In this document: piece by piece, positions 62,801-64,000 of the stretch
Numbering within the stretch: position 1 is the stretch's first letter
Layout of the letters: the number at the start of each line of letters is the position of its first letter
Origin: Octopus sinensis
Lineage: Eukaryota
Length of the DNA: 64,000 nucleotides
Direction: 5' to 3'
Assembly (NCBI RefSeq): GCF_006345805.1
Contig: NC_043014.1
Span: forward strand, 30,442,001-30,506,000
Notes under the pieces: generated by a model
What the model saw: the letters and a program-made list of their open reading frames with translations, nothing else
What the model was told of the DNA's origin: nothing
Databases searched by the model: none
Position numbers and translations under genes: made by a program

Positions 62801-64000
62801 GATACTTTTCCAAGGTGTCATGCAGTGAGACTAAACCTGGAACCATGTGGTTGGGAGGCAAGCTTCTGACCACACAGCAATGCTGCAAATATTAGAAGTT
62901 TACTCTGACTACAAGATGATGAATGCAAAAATCAGTTTCCTCACAATTTTGACATGATCCAAGTTCCACATTACAATGAGTTATCACAGAGATCACTATT
63001 TCAAGACTGTCTTCAAGTAATGTATATAGGACAGACATTCATAACATGATTGGTATCAGCAATGCAAATTAGCTAATTAGTTATACAATTAGAGTTGCGG
63101 GCAGGACAAAGCAATGGAAAATCACTCTAGAGAATTCCTTCCTTGGATAAATAAGTAGTATAGGCACAGGCATGGCTGTATGGTAAGAAGCTTGTTTCTG
63201 GGTTCAGTCCCGCTGTGTGGCACCTTAGGCAAATGTCTCTTACTATAGCCTCAGGCTGACCAATCTCTTGTGAGTGGATGTGACAGACAGAAACTGAAAG
63301 AAACCCATGTGTGTGTGTGTGTGTGTCTTGTGTTTGTGCCCCACTACCACTTGACAACTGTTGCTGGTGTACTTAGATCCCTATAACTTAGTGGTTCAGC
63401 AACAGAGACCAATAGAATAAGCGCCAGGCTTAAAAAAAGAAAAAAGAAAAGAAAAGAAGAATTGAAGTTGATTCATTTGACTAAGAATTCTTCAAGGTGG
63501 TACCCCAGCATGGCCACAGTCTAATGACTGAAACGAGTAAAAAATAAAAGATATGAAAATATGATCTTTAGTCCAATGATCCAATAGATTTGCAGGACAA
63601 TAAACATAAACAACAACACTCTCTTCTGTATAAACTTTGACATACATTTTTCATAGTACAAAAACTAATTCAGGTTTATGAAATGGTAAATCAATATATA
63701 ATTCTGACAAAAGAAATTTCCCAGTTATAAGTAAGGTTATGCTTTGTGTCTTATTTTGCTATTGTTTGTAAAGAATAAGTTGTGTGAGTAATCTAGTTGT
63801 ACTGAAAGATTAAATGAAAGTAGCAGCCAGTTCATTGACCCTTTAGCATTTAAATCAGCCATATTCAACCAAAATAGGCCTCCTGTTTTATGTTCAAACT
63901 GGCCTGGTCTATTTTATGTTCAAACTGGGCTGATCTAACCTCTCACACCTACCCCACAACATCATTATAAAAATCTGAGACCCCCTTCAGGTCACGACAA

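Overview
AT-rich, microsatellite-dense eukaryotic DNA. The repeat landscape looks like a coleoid cephalopod, probably Octopus; this is an inference from repeat style, not a database match. The single host gene is an AMP deaminase (AMPD2-like) on the minus strand. I rebuilt nine coding exons by hand (56549-56729, 53679-53871, 19788-20007, 17157-17286, 16069-16203, 9171-9233, 8850-8981, 6685-6848, 535-661). All have AG/GT boundaries and compatible phases and join into 1345 nt of open frame; the gene runs off both window ends. The introns, one of them 33.7 kb, hold several tRNA-headed SINE families, RTE and CR1-type LINE fragments, TTAA-flanked MITEs, a decayed mariner, a full-length Tc1 with DD36E spacing, a non-autonomous Helitron and Penelope-like remnants. 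Best leads: a near-intact minimal type I hammerhead ribozyme in the sense of the AMPD pre-mRNA plus three decayed hammerhead-like motifs, the DD36E Tc1, a candidate 60-nt in-frame cassette exon, twin weak splice donors, and chimeric or dimeric SINEs with clear target-site duplications. Most ORF-track entries are microsatellite or repeat artefacts. Repeat boundaries without a stated TSD or TIR are approximate.
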